From: a bacterium
GTDB taxonomy: Bacteria; Cyanobacteriota; Vampirovibrionia; Gastranaerophilales; JBAXKC01
Length of the DNA: 64,000 nucleotides
NCBI GenBank assembly: GCA_037137535.1
Contig: JBAXKC010000006.1
Span: 33,002-97,001, forward strand
Direction of reading: 5' to 3'
How positions within the stretch are numbered: position 1 is the first letter of the stretch; each line of letters starts with the position of its first letter. Under the pieces are notes generated by a model. The model was not told where the DNA came from. It searched no databases and saw nothing but the letters and a program-made list of their open reading frames with translations. This document shows, in pieces, positions 61,834 through 64,000 of the stretch. The position numbers and the translations under genes were made by a program.

Positions 61834-63830
61834 TTTTCTTCGTATGCCTTCAACGGTTTATAATTACTGTCATTTAACTCCGACAATCTGGATATAAATT
61901 CATCATTATCAATTGATGATTTCGATACAAAATTAAATGAATAGTCCTCATCATATAGACCTTTTAAAGATTCAGGGATTGATCTTTTAACAATAAATTT
62001 ACCTAAAATTGCTTCTAACTTATCCCATTCTCCATAAAAATATTCGTTTAGCAATGGGATAATTCTGTCAAACCAAGCTGTTTTCAATAATATTAATTGT
62101 TCTTCAACTGATTTATTATCAAATTTATCTTTAATGAAGTAGCTATGACCTATTTGATGGTCTCTATCAAGAAGAATAATTATTTTATTATTTATAGTCT
62201 CAAAAACATCTTTAAAGTTAATAACAGTATCATTATATTTAATTTCTTGAATAATCAAGGAAGAATCAGGCATAAGTTCAATAAATTCAAATCTTCTTCT
62301 TAATGCTATATCTATTGCAGCGATTGAACGGTCAGATGTATTCATAGTACCTATAAAATACAGATTAGGAGGTAAGCCAAAATCCTTATCATTTTCAGAA
62401 TAAGGAAGATTTAAAGTTAATGCATTCTCTTGATACAACCTTTTATCTTCTTCTAATAATGTTATAAGCTCACCAAATATTTTTGAAATGTTCCCTCTGT
62501 TTATTTCATCAATTATAAGAACATAGTTTTTTAGTTGTTTATTGTGAGTTTTACCTATTAGTTCATTAATATTTTCAAAAATTAATTTATCGGTATAAAA
62601 TTCATATATTGACTGTTGTGAAAGCTTTTTCCTATATAGCTTTTCAATTGGAATTTCGACATCTTTTAAGAGCCATTCTACATTTCGAAATTGGCAATAT
62701 CTGATCTCTGTATCAGGATCAAATATATAGTTATCATCAAGTACTCGCCCTATTGCTCTTACATATTTATTCCCTTTAGAAACAAATATAAGAGAACCTT
62801 TTTTAATCCCAAATTTAAAGATACTAATTGCTTGAACTGTATATGGACTTTGTTCAACAAGTTTATCTTTATTGCTATTAAATACACTTAAAACATCATC
62901 TTTCTTTTGGGTTTGTGAAAAATCTAAATTTTCACCCCATCCCAAGGCAATTTTATTGTTTTCAAGACAATACTCATATATTTGGTTATCTTCTTCTTTC
63001 GTTGAATCTCCAAGAGAAATTTTAAATACTTTATTGTTTTTTTCGTCAAAATCAATATTTCTATTTATTTCAATGTATTCTGAGTTTGCAAATCTTGCAA
63101 GCTCCCTTAAAATTCCTTCTTTTTTTTCATATTTTAATTCCTGACAATCTTCATCAAGAAGAGGCTTTATACCTTCTACAAATTCCTCATAAGCATAACT
63201 CTGATGGAATGTAATAAACTTGATTTGCCCGTTATCTTTATATTTATTATATTCAGCCATAATAGCTTTTCTGTTTTTTTTGTCTAAAGCTTCATATTTA
63301 GATTTAGGCATTACTATTTTTAGAGCTTCTAAAGCTGTTTTATAAGTTTTACCAGTTCCTGGGGGGCCATATAATATCTGATTGAGCGGAATATTTAACA
63401 TATTTTTATCCTTTATATCCTCTTCATAAAAACTTTGATGAAGCTTTTCAGGCAAAATAGCATTATGTTTTTCATAAAAAATAGCTGCGTCTATAATTGC
63501 TTTAGCTTGATCTACCTGTTCTTCTGAGTAAATGTTAAAATAGGTATCTTTGCCACCCCATTCATTTTCTCTAGTAGTTTCAGCAGGTATAGTTCCAGAT
63601 TTTAGTTCACTGTTAAGTGCCTTCCCCTTGGCCAAAATACGAACGTTGTTTTTTCTTAATGAAATTTCCATAAAACTTGTTTTTATTTTTAATGAAATAT
63701 AATCCTTAGAAATATGTCTATGGACTTCAGGATCTTTTTCACCATATCTAACAAGCTCTTCACGCAAATATTCCAGATTATTTTTAGAATATTTATTGTA
63801 TAAATAGCTAAAAAACTGATCTATTTCCAA
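61830..63830 (-). CDS. mcrB: McrB-family AAA+ GTPase, probably 5'-interrupted
   Basis: GPPGTGKT, FHQSYAYEEFVEG, IIDEINRGN, MNTSDRS, ALRRRF, IGHSY; frame stays open upstream of the TTG to 63974. Confidence 0.88.
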   Translation of the reverse strand: MEIDQFFSYLYNKYSKNNLEYLREELVRYGEKDPEVHRHISKDYISLKIKTSFMEISLRKNNVRILAKGKALNSELKSGTIPAETTRENEWGGKDTYFNIYSEEQVDQAKAIIDAAIFYEKHNAILPEKLHQSFYEEDIKDKNMLNIPLNQILYGPPGTGKTYKTALEALKIVMPKSKYEALDKKNRKAIMAEYNKYKDNGQIKFITFHQSYAYEEFVEGIKPLLDEDCQELKYEKKEGILRELARFANSEYIEINRNIDFDEKNNKVFKISLGDSTKEEDNQIYEYCLENNKIALGWGENLDFSQTQKKDDVLSVFNSNKDKLVEQSPYTVQAISIFKFGIKKGSLIFVSKGNKYVRAIGRVLDDNYIFDPDTEIRYCQFRNVEWLLKDVEIPIEKLYRKKLSQQSIYEFYTDKLIFENINELIGKTHNKQLKNYVLIIDEINRGNISKIFGELITLLEEDKRLYQENALTLNLPYSENDKDFGLPPNLYFIGTMNTSDRSIAAIDIALRRRFEFIELMPDSSLIIQEIKYNDTVINFKDVFETINNKIIILLDRDHQIGHSYFIKDKFDNKSVEEQLILLKTAWFDRIIPLLNEYFYGEWDKLEAILGKFIVKRSIPESLKGLYDEDYSFNFVSKSSIDNDEFISRLSELNDSNYKPLKAYEEK

Positions 63831-63948
63831 GTTTAAAGGTAAGTTTGTTCGCTGGCCAACAATATCTTTATATTTTTCAATTACTGGCTTTATTGTATTA
63901 TTAAACTTGAAATACTCTGAGGAAAATTTATCTCCTCTTTGGAACTTT

Positions 63949-64000
63949 TGACCTGCCCCCGTTTTTCCTAACGATTAGAACTTAGTACTCCACGAGTTTC
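63949..64000. mobile_element. Probable end of an IS3-family insertion sequence running out of the window
   Basis: TGACCTGCCCCC resembles IS3/IS407-group terminal inverted repeats (5'-TG...CA-3'); the mcrB frame hits a stop about 25 nt inside it. Confidence 0.55.

Noticed and set aside
1096-63144. Many short ORFs antisense or out of frame within well-supported genes (e.g. 1096, 10607, 19191, 32892, 40733, 45196, 51936, 61010)
   Set aside because: Shadow ORFs with no recognisable motifs
1-64000. CRISPR array, rRNA, prophage
   Set aside because: No spaced direct repeats, cas genes, rRNA-like sequence or phage structural genes seen

Overview
AT-rich bacterial chromosome segment. Cyanobacteria-like housekeeping and signalling genes (secG, csaB, SpoIID/LytB protein, pentapeptide-repeat protein, histidine kinase) occur together with flagellin and a trimeric [FeFe]-hydrogenase, which points to a non-photosynthetic cyanobacterial relative (Vampirovibrionia/Melainabacteria; inference). 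Main content: two LuxR/NarL regulators; an HMW1C/GT41-like protein glycosyltransferase; csaB-tagA-transketolase-ftsEX; CheY/CheX genes; hemerythrin; a HydCBA hydrogenase; glyS followed by a PBP with a degenerate transglycosylase domain; a four-gene citrate-synthase-like/LeuCD-like/dehydrogenase operon; four prepilin genes; flagellin; an ECF sigma/anti-sigma/Spy/Hsp20 module preceded by three small exported low-complexity proteins; a PilZ-kinase-HD-GYP locus; tRNA-Ile2(CAT); and an mcrBC-like pair whose mcrB appears cut by an IS3-like end at the window edge. Best candidates for new biology: (1) a shared S-F-x-G motif closing polar N-terminal leaders on unrelated proteins, (2) the ECF module with its exported peptides and a repeated promoter motif, (3) a probable Re-citrate route to 2-oxoglutarate, (4) an orphan N-glycosyltransferase, (5) an McrBC with extra domains. 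All calls come from reading motifs by eye; no searches were run.
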